A stretch of 64,000 bases of DNA from assembly GCA_964016885.1 (NCBI GenBank), contig OZ024746.1, positions 33,356,001-33,420,000 on the forward strand, in the 5' to 3' direction. The position numbers and the translations under genes are program-made. Below, one piece after another: positions 45,303 to 58,645 of this stretch. Source of the stretch: Eledone cirrhosa. Taxonomy: Eukaryota. Positions within the stretch are counted from its first letter, which is position 1, and each line of letters begins with the position of its first letter. Below the pieces are notes generated by a model. It did no database searches. It was not told the origin of the DNA and saw nothing but the letters and a program-made list of their open reading frames with translations.

Positions 45303-48300
45303 GTACCGTCCCGTGATGCCCTATTTAATCCGAAAGGAGACCGAACATTACAACACGCACAACGCCGTCCCCAACACCTAGGGGTGGTAAAAGGATAAAC
45401 CCTCGGCTCCTAGACGCGAAGATGCAAAAGTTCAGAGTCATCAGCTTTAACGTTGAAGGACTGACAGCAACAACAAATGGAATTACTCTCCAACCTAGAC
45501 GCTGATATAGTATGCCTTCAAGAGACACACAAGGAATTGGTACGGACAAGAATACCAGGCATGAAGCCCCGAGCCCATCCACAGAAGTGCAATATACGCT
45601 CGTGACAAATCTGCTATCCAAAATCCAGAGACCTCTCAGATGGAGGGCTGGAGATATTGCAAGTAGACTGGGAAGACTTAAACATTTTGTCGGTATATAA
45701 ACCTCCACCAACCCCCTTCATGTTGCCACTGTATCACCAGCTTAGTAACAAGGCATGCCTTGTTGTTGGAGACATTAATAGCCACAATACCACCTGGGGT
45801 TACAACCACACTAATAATGACAGGGAAGCAGTGGAGGAATGGGCCATTACCCGCGACCTCACAGTCATGCACAATGCAAAAGACAATGCAACCTTCCAAA
45901 GCGCACCCTGGAGGAGAGGATATAACCCCGACCTAGCTTTCGTATCATCTAGACACTACCAGAATGTTGACAAATTAATTGGTGACCCAATACCTAAGTC
46001 CCATCAGCGACCGATGGTTATCGAAATAAAACCTGTTATCAGACCACGAGAGACGGTGCCTAAAACCAGGTTTAACTTCCGTAAGGCTAAATGGGAGAAC
46101 GTCACATTAGATCTAGAAGCTGGGATCCCCAACATCCACCCAAACCCACTGCAGTATGATGATTTCCAAACACTGGTCTGGGAGGCCTCAAAGAAGAATA
46201 TCCCAAGAGGCTGCGGGAAGTCTTACATAACAGGACTCAATGAGCAAAACAAAGAAATGTATCAGGAGTACGTCCAGGCGTAAAATGACGACCCATTTGC
46301 CATAAAAACCATTGAGCTCAGAGAGATCTTGACAGCCTCGATCAACAATGAAAAGAAAGAGCGCTGGCAAGAAGTCATAACCAACATAGATATGACTCAT
46401 AACAGCAAAAACGCATGGGCAACCATAAAAGAATTAAGCTCTGAAAAAAACCCACAACCAAGAATAGCTGCCGTTACCCCAAACAGAGTGGCACACCAAC
46501 TGCTACTCAACGGTAAGCCAAAGAATAGAGAAAGGGGATACCTGAGGGAAATGAAACAGGACTTGAACCGTGCCATGCACAACTCTGACGAAACTTTGAA
46601 CCATTTTAATGGAAGAGCTGCATGCAGCTATGAAACCCCCTAAACCCGGGAAGGAAGCCGGCCTGGATGGCATCACAGTGGAGGTGATACTGCACTTTGG
46701 AGAAATGGCGAAAACGTGGCTCCTGTCGCTCTTTAACAGCTGTCCATTAGCCTGTCAAACACCAAGTATATGGAGAAGAGCTAGAGTGGTGGCTCTCTTG
46801 AAGCCAGGCAAAGACCCGGCATCTCCAAAGAGCTACCGACCAATATCCTTACTGTGCACCCTTTACAAACTATACGAGCGCATGATCATGGCTGGCTTGT
46901 CCCCTACTGTAGAAGAACAAATATCTCCAGATCAGGCTGGCTTCCGACCCGGCCGATCATGTTGCTGTCAAGTACTAAACCTGACTCAATACATCGAGGA
47001 TGGATTTGAGGCCAAACAAATTACCGGAGTAGTCTTTGTCGACCTCAAAGCTGCCTATGACACCGTGAACCACACAGCACTTCTTTTAAAGGTGGCCCAA
47101 ACAGTTCGGAACACCACTGCAGTCCGCATAATTGAGTCACTGCTCATCAATCGGCGATTCTTTGTTGAGATGGATGACAGGCGAAGTAGGTGGAGGGTCC
47201 AGAACAACGGACTCCCACAGGGCTCTGTGCTAGCCCTTATGCTATTCAACATTTACACAAATGACCAGCCGCAGTTCCAAAATTTTCGTAGATTCATATA
47301 TGCGGATGATTTCTGCATCGCAACACAGTCAGGCTCCTTTGACACAATCGAGGAAAGACTATCAAATTCCCTGACAACTCTCTCTGCATACTACAAAAAA
47401 TGCTCCCTTAACGCTAATGCCAGCAAAACGCAGGTGTGTGCCTTCCATCTTAACAACCACCAAGCAAACAGGAAAATAAAAATCCGATGGGGCAACAATG
47501 AACTGGAAAACCACCCTCATCCAGTTTACCTCGGAGTTGCCCTTGATAGAACGCTCTCCTTCAAACAATACATAGACAAACTTAAAAGTAAACTGGCAAC
47601 TAGAAATAATCTCCTCAGCAACTAACCAACACCAGCTGCGGTGCAGATCCCATAACACTGAGGCAAACAGCAATGGCACTCTGCTACTCCACCGCAGAAT
47701 ATTGTTCACCAGTATGGGCCAGGTAGTACCATGCAAACAGAGTTGACCCAGAGTTGAACAAATCATGCCGGATGATCACTGGAACATTAAAAGCAACTCC
47801 CCTTCCACGCGTATGCACTCTTGTCGGCATTCCACCCCCCCACATACGAGAGGTCAACGCAAAAACTGAACGGTACAAGCAACAATATGATCCCAGGCAT
47901 CCACTCTATGGCCACCAGGGAATAAGAAGAGGATTAAAATCTCGAAAAAGCTTCTTAACCGTAGATAGCCTGGAACATGCACAATCGGCGGCTTACAGGT
48001 TGGAAAAGTGGAGGGAGAGTGACTGCCGTCCACCCAACGCGGCCTTACTAAGCCCAAATGAAGGCCTCCCCAATGGAACATCTATTAGCAGAAAGGACTG
48101 GGTAACCCTAAACAGGGCCAGAGCCAAAATGGGCAAAACTGCAGACAACCTCCACAAGTGGGGATTGGCCACCTGCGCTGAGTGCCTCTGCGGCGAGACC
48201 TCCCCGTGGGTGCTCACTGGGACCCACATGCTTCGACCAAGATCTGATGGAAGCAAACGACGCTGCACTTCAATGGATACGGCACTGGCGCGACAAGATA

Positions 48301-48312
48301 TGATGATGATGA
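45303..48312 (+). mobile_element. Full-length ~3-kb Vingi-like (Ingi group) LINE, single APE+RT ORF, pseudogenised
   Basis: ATG 45422 MQKFRVISFNVEGL; SVYKPP, VGDINSH..WGY, YNPDLAFVS; SYRPISLL, QAGFRPGRS, FVDLKAAYDTVNH, GLPQGSVLA, YADD, YLGVALDRTL; ALCYSTAEYCSPVW; CAECLCGE; no RNase H; ORF ends WRDKI* directly into a (TGA)n tail. Confidence 0.85.
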
Positions 48313-48741
48313 TTCCCTTGTATGCTATACTGTATCTCTTAACCTCTAACCGAACTTCTAATTTATTAATTTATCTTTTAGGTTATTTATCATTATATTC
48401 TTTCTTCCTACTATAACCAGCTGTGATTTAACCAATACATATGTATATATTTAATATGTATTTTCATATTAATAATATTCCTACCATCATCACATCTTTA
48501 TACTTATACACCACTATAACTTTAACCACCACCACCACCACTACTATTTTCAACAACCGTATTATGTTCATATATTCTTTTCACGTATATATATATGTTT
48601 TTTAAAAACTTAATTTTATCATCTTCATTCTAACTTCTTTATTATTATTTTCTCATTTTCTTTTTCTTTTTCTTTCTTTATTATTGATGTTGTTACTTGA
48701 ATTCTTCGTATTATAAATACAAACATCGAGTGTAATTTTGT

Positions 48742-48854
48742 CAGTTATTCCGATGATTTGATTAGGCATACACTGTATTGAAGATTGAGTGACACAACTT
48801 CAAGTGATTAGCAGCCTTTAGACATCCTAATCAATGAAACAATTGTCAATACTG
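48742..48854 (+). ncRNA. Hammerhead in putative PLE 3' UTR, CCGATGA core, ~80-nt branched stem II
   Basis: cagttatt CCGATGA tttgattagg..(ttgaag..cttcaa hairpin)..cctaatcaat GAAA caattg TC aatactg. Confidence 0.65.
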
Positions 48855-48901
48855 TAAATAAAACCCTTTCTGTACTGTTGACCATGTTATTCTTCACTCT
48901 T

Positions 48902-48999
<98 letters not shown>

Positions 49000-49062
49000 T
49001 ATATATATATATATATAGTGACGAAGCATAAGACAATTGCATGAACTCCTAATCCTTTATTT

Positions 49063-49118
49063 ACTGCTATATATATTTCGATGATAGCCATTGAATGGCT
49101 ATGACCTCATCAGGCAGT
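49063..49118 (-). ncRNA. Type I hammerhead ribozyme
   Basis: Minus: actgc CTGATGA ggtcatagcca-ttcaa-tggctatcatc GAAA tatata TA gcagt; well-formed stems. Confidence 0.85.
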
Positions 49119-50285
49119 TAGTCAGTCCTTAGATATGCCAGCTCTGTGTTTTTGGTGTTGATGGTATCCTTGGGACATATGAGTTTGTTAGGGATAATTT
49201 AATGTTGTCAGCAGGAATAATCTTAATTCGCATTGGTCATATATCATACATACATATACATAACGTTTTTGCACCATTATTATGAGTATTTGGTGAGACA
49301 CAGTATTTATAATTGTTAAAAATTCAAACAAAAACAGTTTGATGAATAATTAATGGATAAGTCATACGTCATTATTTAGATTTATCTTTATAACTGAATA
49401 TATATAACAGTTCTAATTTGAGCAAACATTTTGAGGAAAACTTTATGACAGTTACATCACTATCAGATTTTTAACCATACACCATTTTCACTTTCATCCA
49501 ATATTTAATCCAAATAAGGAACTCATTCCCCGAATAATTAACTTGGAGTTTCATTAATAGCGCATCGCTGATGGAGCAAAAAACAGTACGTTGGAGGTGA
49601 AAAACATGTTAAAGTTAATGTTAATCCTTCAGAAATCACCGTGAATGATGTGAGAATAATAAGTCTCATTGTATAACATCCATGTCGAACTGCGTGCCGA
49701 ACCATACGGCTGACTGAGTACACATACTTTTCTCACCACCAAAATGTGTTCCATTGCTTCTATTTCTACTATATATATATATATATTTTTGTTTATTTCT
49801 CATTTTATTTTCTGTTGAAAGACTACTGTCCGAAAAGTGAAGACAATTTTCCTTCTATGTCAAGCATTAAACTAATATATTTCTTCATTATAATGTATTG
49901 TCTTGCTTCGGTATCTATATCGTATCTATTCGCCCTCTCTATATATATGTACGCGTATCTATTTATCGATGTACATATCTATATATGGGGATATGCAATT
50001 ATCTCTGGTACGTTTATACATGGGTGTATATGCGTCTGTGTGTACGCCTCACCTGTGCATCTACTTTTATAACCCCGCCCCCTTCCGTTTCTATACTTTT
50101 GTCTCTGTATTCACTTATCCATCTGGTGTTGACACTCATATATTCAGTTCTGAGTCATCAAAAGTTTATTATATGAAAGTGTTTGCTATGTATCATGATA
50201 ATTTAATTTATCACCGCTCGAATATATTCACATATACGTACACATACTCATGCATACATACATACATACATACGTACATACATAA

Positions 50286-50357
<72 letters not shown>

Positions 50358-50446
50358 TATATCAATCTATATGTGTAAATATATGTATACATTAATACAT
50401 AAATATGTACGTACATACGTCCACATGTAACACCAACCACCATTAC

Positions 50447-50480
<34 letters not shown>

Positions 50481-50771
50481 TGCCACTTATATACCATGCA
50501 CTCAGATACGAATACCGACATATATACATTCAATATCCAACTTAGCTTCAATCACCATTCAATTGATTTTATTGACAAATAACTCAAGAGAACAGCATGG
50601 TCGGTTAGTAATTTTGCTATCAGCAAATCTTCTTATCAGTGTTATGACCATACCTAGGCCATCGTTAAAGCTTTTCAATAATTACGACGCCATCATATGA
50701 CGAACTTTCCTTTCCCCTGCAGTCATTTGCAGTCTACCGTACTATGTATGTGTGTATACAATGTATGTATG

Positions 50772-50898
<127 letters not shown>

Positions 50899-52399
50899 GT
50901 GTGTATACATACAATTTTGTGCCATTGATACTTTCTAACTCATGATTTACTCACTTCAATTCTCCATCGTCATATAAAATGGCCGTTCTCTCTTGTCTTT
51001 CTTGTCTCAGTAGTCTCATTCGCTCTTTTTCATTCTCTCGTTAATTCTTTCTTTTTCTCTCTTTCTCTGGTTCTCTTGCGATTTAACAGAAGCGCTGTGT
51101 CCTCCGACATTGATATCAAAATCATTGGCCATAAAGACTTGCGTTCCAATTTCCATACCAACTATTAATTAGTTACTAGTTTTACTTGTCTACAAGAATG
51201 CTATTTAGTATCCTCATTAAATTCTGCACAATTTATGAATAGCAATTAATGAAAATTATAATATTCTCATTCAAAATTGTGTTATCACGTTGCTTCGTTG
51301 TCTTGGGTTATTGATATTTTTTCTCTCAGAGTGATATTCAGGGATTTCCTTCATCTACGGATTCAAACGTATTCCGTTCGTCATCATACACCCTTGCTCA
51401 TATATTCGTTTTGAACTTTGTGAGCAGGCCATTGTAAGATATGACCTATAAGTATTTGAAATTTTTGGCATCGATGGTATTGTTAGAAATTAATATATTA
51501 TTTGAGAATATTTTCAGCTCCATTCTTCTATAAAACGCATAGTGTTTATTAATTACTTGTTGGTTGCGAGATGTTTTGGCTCCTTCCTGCCAGCTTGTAT
51601 GCTTCAGGAAATTAAGTGTTCAAATCTCTCCCACCTAATTCACTTATGTGTCAGGGGCATTTATGTTATTTTACATAAGCATTTAGTAGAATTGTTAAAC
51701 GTTTGAATAAGATGACAATCACACGCATAATCTCACACACAATCATTTTACAATTATACATCCTTTTTCATTTACAAACTTACTTCGGCCATTTTCAACA
51801 TGGCGTAATCTGTAATATAGCCTGTGTCTTCACAAGTTGTTTCTGTCTTTTAATTTATCTTTGTCTATCACTCATTCTGTATTTTCGAAACGCAGTCGCG
51901 ACTGGAAACATCGATCATGTCCTGTTCACTTTTTCCTGCATTTTACCGCTCAATATGTTTTATAAGAATTCGCATCGTCCGTGGATTGGATACCTCAAGT
52001 GCATTTCATATAACATAGGATTCTACACTGATTTTCGACACTTCCAAGGGAATGGATAGTTATTTTAGACAGAGACACAGCCTACCCCACTCAAACACAC
52101 GCATGATGTATGTTGCATAAATTACAGAATTGTTTTCTAAATATTCAGCCATCATCACTAAAATTCGAGGTAAGTATCCTGACCAAACACTGAAAAGGGC
52201 GGTCTTTGCATCTGACCGGTTATCTATATAAGCAAACGTGTATATGTGTGTGCGCGCGCGTGTGTGTGTCTGTGTGTGAATCTCTGTGTGCGTGTGTCTG
52301 TGTTTGTGTGCGTGTTTGTGTATGTTTGAGTGTTTGCAAGTGTGAGTTATTGCTCTGTTACTCCATTTCTCGACTATATAAACTACGCAACCCTCCTTC

Positions 52400-52740
52400 T
52401 CTGACTATTTCTCAACCTGAAAATGATCGGTTTGCTCAGGTAAGACTTAATGAAAATATAAGAGAATTCTCCAGAAACTGGATTATCACCCAGAATTCGC
52501 ATCGAACATGCGAAAATGGCGAATAAGTGTTTCATAATTGATCCAGTGGATACCAATCTGACGAAAATGAGATGTTAGGAAATAAGAACGATGTGAAATA
52601 AAGAGATATATATCAGTCCCGAGATCGTTTTAAACACCAGTTAAAAAAATGTATCATAGTCTACAAGGTGGGTACACTTTAGAAAACAGTGTTTTCAGGG
52701 ACAGCACATATTCTTCAAAAAGTGTTCTCTATTAGAAGAG
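52400..52740 (+). mobile_element. Decayed R4/Dong-like LINE 3' fragment
   Basis: ttagaaaacagtgttttcagggacagcacatattcttcaaaaagtgttctct resembles the LQK.V.LGTAHIL.KVLS terminus. Confidence 0.45.
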
Positions 52741-52835
52741 AAAATAATTAATCTTTCCCTATATCTTAGACATATATTAAGCCTAGTGTGGAAAGCAAAA
52801 TAACCGACAGTCGCACATATAGTTGTGAAAAGGAA

Positions 52836-53068
52836 ATAATAATTGTTTCTACTTTTGAAATATGGCCAGCAATTACCAGTGCATTACTGGTACTTTAATG
52901 CACTGGGTAATTGCTGGCCTTGTGACAAAAGTAGAAACAATTATTGTTGAAAAGGAAACAATAATAACAATAGTTGTTTCTACTTTAGGTAAAAAGCCAG
53001 CAATTTGAAGGGAAGGGGAAAGTAGATTAAATCGACGCCAGTGCATTACTGGAACTTTATTTTATCGA
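52836..53068. mobile_element. Inverted pair of SINE tails plus a further partial SINE
   Basis: aattgtttctacttt..ccagtgcatta / taatgcactgg..aaagtagaaacaatt. Confidence 0.75.
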
Positions 53069-53199
53069 GAATAATAAGAATAATATAAATGACAAACGAC
53101 TGTTTTTAACATCGACATAACATCAACATTTTGCGTTCAAAACATAGTCGATTTGTGGCACATAATTCATATTATTCCTCATACATGAAACGCACAGCT

Positions 53200-54430
53200 G
53201 AAGAATGAGAACGCATAAACATTAGAGAATGCCACGAGAATGGGAAGTGATACATTGGATATCACGGAAGGACTTCTATTTTTCAGAAAAGAAACTGAGA
53301 AAACAGAGCTAGATCAAACGCTTCAATATCAACAGTCATCAATACTGTAGCGATCCCAGAAATAAGCTACAGTTTCAAGATTTTGAACTGGTTAGTAAAA
53401 AAAAAAAAAAAAAAAGTAACAAAACAAAACATCAGGGCTTGTTAGAAAACAAGGAAAATAATTACAACATTTAGAATACACCACCCCACATCAAATATAA
53501 AATGATTACACCTACAACCAACACGGGGGGATGCGCCCATAAACAAAGAAACCTATTATAAAGTAACTCGTGTAGGACTAAAAATATCTCATGAAAAATA
53601 ACGAAAATTCAGTATAAATAATCATGAAACCTGAACAAAACATGAAATTGTTTTCTATTTTCAAGAAAGCGAACAAATTCAAGAGAGAATATGAACTAAC
53701 GGATAATTATGAGAAAATGCATACGATGATAAAATCCAAATTGAAAAATTTATCTCCAGACGGCTAAGCTAAAACAACAGCGTAACGAACACACGAAATT
53801 ATTTGAATAGTAAGGAATTCGATACATTTCTTATGAAGCACTGGATTAAAAACCGGAATGAAGGCTTTTTAATTGCAGCACAATATCAAAACCGTACTAG
53901 AAACCACCAAAAGTAGGAATTGCAGAATATATGATAGGGAAGAAACAAGTACCACATTATCGCTTGTTGCCAGGATTTAGTAAAAGAAAAAGAATATATC
54001 CACATACATGGTAGAATTGGGATCTATATACGCTGGGATCGAACACTACGAATTGGGATCGAACACTACGAAATGCCAGGCGAAAATGGTGGTTCAAACA
54101 TAAACCAGAAACAGTTCTCAGAGAATGAGAAAGCAGCCATAATCTGGGATATACCAACATACACATACACGGAGAACAAAGTCAACCAACCAGATATTAT
54201 AACCAAAGATCAGAAAGAAACATATGCCTTCTAATTCACTATCAATCCTAATAAATGGCAGTACATCCAACTCGGAAAAGGATAAAATATCCAAATATAA
54301 TAATAGCTGTTGTGGGAATGGGAACATCACAGACAGATCCAAAATCCCGGGATTTACAAATATATACAACATACACACAATTGCACTAATAGGTACTGCA
54401 AGTATATAAGGAAGAGTACGTTCAATACAA
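53200..54430 (+). mobile_element. Decayed R4/Dong-like LINE (restriction-like endonuclease region)
   Basis: Residual EGFLIAAQ.Q..TRN, WFKHKPETVL.ENE..IIWDI, NQPDII.KD and IALIGTA motifs. Confidence 0.6.
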
Positions 54431-55257
54431 AAGAAATAACAACGAAAAATGTAACATTGCGCAACATTCAAGGAACACAGAACTGTGTTCGTTAATACAA
54501 TAAGAAACACGCAATACAAATAAAACTTTAATACTATATTCAATCTACATGAATTGAAAATCCAGTTTCAAATATTAGTAGCCTTTCTTATTTCTTCGTA
54601 TATATCGTCGTCTATTCTATCTCTATCTCTATCTCCTACTCTAAAATTAAACACACTGATATATAAACACAATCCCAAATTCATTATCATGCAATGTTTT
54701 TCAACATATGTCTGTGTCTCACTCGAGTGTTTCTATTTCAAACACTCTATGTCACACCCGGTCTTTTTGACATTTGTTCTCACACACGCAGAGTTAAGTA
54801 TTCATACTATATAGCTTCATATTGTCTTTCGTTTTGTGTCTCCTCTATCTCTCTCAACACACACAGATTTACTAGACATATATTATCACAATATTATCAT
54901 TTTCCTTTCTCTTTCTTTTTATGTTTATCTTACTTTCACTTAGGCTCTCGCAGACACATTATATACACAGAATAAAAATAACACACTTTTTTACTTTGTC
55001 TGAGAATATTTTCTTAGTGGTTTCATTACATACATATATCTCACTTATTCTTTAAAATACATTATGAGCTTTGCTATAATTCTTGTATAACTTGCCATAG
55101 AATTAAAAGCAAATAGAATATAATTGATGATTTAACATATCAAAAACACAAGAACACAAATATAGAGAAACATTTAACTGCTTCTAAGTATATTTTTACG
55201 TTTTCCCTTCTAATCTTTGAGAGGCTTTATCATTTTCCTCCATAAAAATATTTGCGG

Positions 55258-55740
55258 TCTTCTTCTTCTTCTTCTTCTTCTTCTTCTTCTTCTTCTTCTT
55301 CTTCTTCTTCTTCTTCTTCTTCTTCTTCTTCTTCTTCTTCTTCTTCTTCTTCTTCTTCTTCTTCTTCTTCTTCTTCTTCTTCTTCTTCTTCTTCTTCTTC
55401 TTCTTCTTCTTCTTCTTCTTCTTCTTCTTCTTCTCTTCTTCTTCTTCTTCTTCTTCTTCTTCTTCTTCTTCTTCTTCTTCTTCTTCTTCTTCTTCTTCTT
55501 CTTCTTCTTCTCTTCTTCTTCTTCTTCTCTTCTTCTTCTTCTTCTCTTCTTCTTCTTTCTTCTTCTTCTTCTTCTTCTTCTTCTTCTTCTTCTTCTTCTT
55601 CTTCTTTTCTTCTTCTTCTTCTTCTTCTTCTTCTTCTTCTTCTTCTTCTTCTTCTTCTTCTTCTTCTTCTTCTTCTTCTTCTTCTTCTTCTTCTTCTTCT
55701 TCTTCTTCTCTTCTTCTTCTTCTTCTCTTCTTCTTCTTCT
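55258..55740. repeat. (TTC)n microsatellite next to the assembly gap
   Basis: Direct. Confidence 0.97.
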
Positions 55741-55940
55741 NNNNNNNNNNNNNNNNNNNNNNNNNNNNNNNNNNNNNNNNNNNNNNNNNNNNNNNNNNNN
55801 NNNNNNNNNNNNNNNNNNNNNNNNNNNNNNNNNNNNNNNNNNNNNNNNNNNNNNNNNNNNNNNNNNNNNNNNNNNNNNNNNNNNNNNNNNNNNNNNNNNN
55901 NNNNNNNNNNNNNNNNNNNNNNNNNNNNNNNNNNNNNNNN
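55741..55940. other. Assembly gap (200 N)
   Basis: Direct. Confidence 1.
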
Positions 55941-56700
55941 CGAAAACCACACTGCTCATCAACTAGCTGTTACTAGAAAATATTCTAACATCTATCTGCC
56001 AGACACATAGAACATACCCTACCGGGGAGTTTTACAAAGAGATTCCTTTCTATTATGAGTAATCTATCCAATCTCCCTTTTGGAAAATTGAGAATATCAT
56101 TCCTGATAGTTATTGCTTTGGTGCAATTCTAGAGATCCAGACCCACCGGCATACACGAGTCAACCAGTAGATACTTTCGCTATCAACATCTTTTACATCG
56201 ATTAGAATCGCGGGCTAAATGTCTTCATCTCCAGAATCCGTAAAATATCTGAGCTGTTTAATTGCTCTTGCGACCTCGACCGCCGTGGCGTTACTCTTCG
56301 AGCTTGGATGAATATCATGTACTCGCTGATCTAAAGTCGGATTCCAGCTTAATTCCGAAGTCCTTCCATGCTTTAACTTTGGGCGCCTTTACTGTCTTTG
56401 TTACGACGTTTCTCCTCTGCTTGTACTATAAGTGTATCAAGGAAGATAAGCTTCGTAAGTCTGCTTTTTTTCTCGGATAGCTTCTTTAACCTCCATATTA
56501 AACTATTTGCTACCCTTGCCTCCCAGTGCCAAAAGCATTTAAAAGTTGAAGCAGAAACTGTCGAACTGAACAGTCAGTAGTCCATTTCAATGTACTCAGT
56601 TTGTTCTGGGAGTTCTCTGAAACTGAATGCAATTGTATCTGCATACCTTAGCTTGATGGTTTCACCAGCCAGTGCTTTCCAAGGTATCCTGCATGTCAAA
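55941..56700 (-). mobile_element. Decayed RTE-like LINE RT fragment
   Basis: Minus caattttccaaaagggagattggatagattactcataatagaaaggaatctctttgtaaaactccccggtaggg resembles IFKKGD..NYRGISL..PGK. Confidence 0.45.
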
Positions 56701-57489
56701 CTGGATCTGCAAGTTTTGTAGGTTTTCGAGATTTAGATTTAGGTTGAAGATAACTAAATAGTTTCGGGTGAAAGCTGAGCCACTCACTTAATAGGAATCT
56801 TTAGCACAGAATCGAAAAAATCAGAGAATTAAAAAAGTCAATTACTGACCCCCCACACCAACGTTTTACAAACTTGCATTCCACATGCCCCGAATTTACA
56901 TTGTTATTTTTGTCATACATATATAGCTATCAAGTCAGTGAACGAAATATTTCTTGTAACCTGATTTGAAACTTCTCCCTTCAACTGAATTGCCAATCCC
57001 TATCAAGTCACTAGAAGTGACCCTCTACCTATGTAGTCTATTAATAAACTGGATCAAAATGATAAGATTTCAATGGTTTTTGGAACAAATTGCTGCACGA
57101 CCGTGGATAAAGGCGATGGAAGGAATTGAAGCAATTAGCTTACCTTTGCTATTTAGGAATAATGTGCTTTGTGCTATGTTAATCAATATATATATTACTA
57201 AGACGTTATAGTGTTGTTTAAAGAATTTTACTGTTATTTTTAGTAGTTTCAAGAACCATCTGGAAGTGCAGCATGTCCTTACATAGGCATTACTCTCGTA
57301 GTTGATTTAATTAATGATATTTATCTATTTTATCGACCCCTAATGTACTGAGAGACGAGTAAAATCTGACAGAAATGTGTAGATCATGCTATACAATGAT
57401 GCAATTAGCTCGGATCCACATGCAGGTAGATTGACGCAATCGATATACACGGCGTCGTATTTTTCAGTAGGTTAACCAATGTATTGGTT

Positions 57490-57630
57490 AATCGCTTAGT
57501 GGTTATAGAATTGGATTCAAAATCGTGAGGCTGGGAGTTCGATGGCTTGACCGAGCGATGAGTTTTAGCCTTGACCAAGACGCTTTATTTCACGATATAC
57601 ATCACACGACACCATGAACTAAATAGTTTA
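57490..57630 (+). mobile_element. Old second-family tRNA-derived SINE
   Basis: gcttagtggtta A-box, gagttcgatggc B-box, ccttgaccaagacgctttatttcac. Confidence 0.5.
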
Positions 57631-57639
57631 CATTGAAAA

Positions 57640-58376
57640 TTAGAAAACAGCCTGATTTCAGCAAACGAAGTAGATTTATACTTTCGTTGCAAAAGCATGG
57701 AAATTCATAGAAAATGAAATACCCATTTATCAAACGTTTTGAAGACCCCGAGGATATCGTAGAGGCACGGTATTGAAATACAAGGTTTCTAGAACATTTT
57801 TAAGTGCACATATCAAGTTTTTGCACGAATCTGTCGAATGCAGCTTCAAGGTGTTTTTTTGTTATGTTGATGAATGCAGTTGTTGCAAATTTGATAATTT
57901 ATATGTCTTCATGCAAATATGGTATTTTAAATTCTCACAAATAGTTGAATAAGAAATACCAAGCTGATTTGATGCTAGTTGATGATGCTTTTGCAAAAGA
58001 TTCTTTAAACTGCTTCATCTGGTCTTCATCCAAACTGGGTCTTCCATTCCTGTTAAGTTCATATACTGATTCTGTTTCTTTGAAATTTGTGTGAAGTTGC
58101 TGGTGATTTGTGTAGAGTTGAGCATTTTCATAAAACAAGTTACAGACAAGTACTCTGCCATTTACAAAACAATTGAAATTCTTTCTTCAGTTGACAACAT
58201 TATTTCCTACACTTCAATAATAATAAAACAACTATCATAATGAAAATGAAATCATTATTTGTTTACACGTAAAACGATATATAATTGGTGAATATGTTTG
58301 ACGAATCAAATTTCAATAAGATGACATATGGCATACTTCCAACAAAAATAAACTAGGGAGGGGCTTTTCACCCACC

Positions 58377-58380
<4 letters not shown>
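57640..58380 (-). mobile_element. Tc1/mariner-type transposon relic (N-terminal HTH region)
   Basis: NFKETESVYELNRNGRPS..FAKASSTSIK resembles KF.ETGSV..RSGRP..F..SP..S.R; TIR-like ta|aagggtgggtgaaaag next to (TA)n. Confidence 0.55.
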
Positions 58381-58414
<34 letters not shown>

Positions 58415-58427
58415 AGTCATTTCTCAA

Positions 58428-58645
58428 TCTTGGCGCAAAACCAATTTTTTATACACATTACCTCTACCGACCAATCAAAATTGTTTTGACCACAAGAATT
58501 TTTGCTGGGGCCACTTTTTTAACATAAAAACAGTCTTGGCGCAAAATCAATTTTTTACATTCACATGACCTCTACCGACCAATCAAAATTGTTTTGACCA
58601 CAAGAATTTTTGCAAATTGGAGCCACTTTTTTAACATAAAAACAG
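58428..58645. repeat. ~107-bp tandem duplication in a (TA)n-bounded module (58410-58865)
   Basis: tcttggcgcaaaa..cctctaccgaccaatcaaaattgttttgaccacaagaatt..taacataaaaacag twice. Confidence 0.9.

Larger units (their letters stand above)
41816..48905 (+). mobile_element. Near full-length Penelope-like element (Naiad/Neptune-type), pseudogenised and interrupted by a LINE at 45303-48312
   Basis: IINLSN..LSKGLKFTPTP, IIIKEADKG, LYALPKIHK, VSFDVVNLYTTIPH, YKQISGTAIGTKAAPTYANL, RYLDD, LPFLDI, KCGRSNCGTC linker, LIYAIKCKGCNEDY (GIY-YIG start); stops and frameshifts; putative 3' UTR with HHR ending in (TA)n. Confidence 0.88.

Noticed and set aside
55210-56010. ~250-aa poly-R/K/E/S/L ORFs
   Set aside because: (TTC)n tract plus the N gap.
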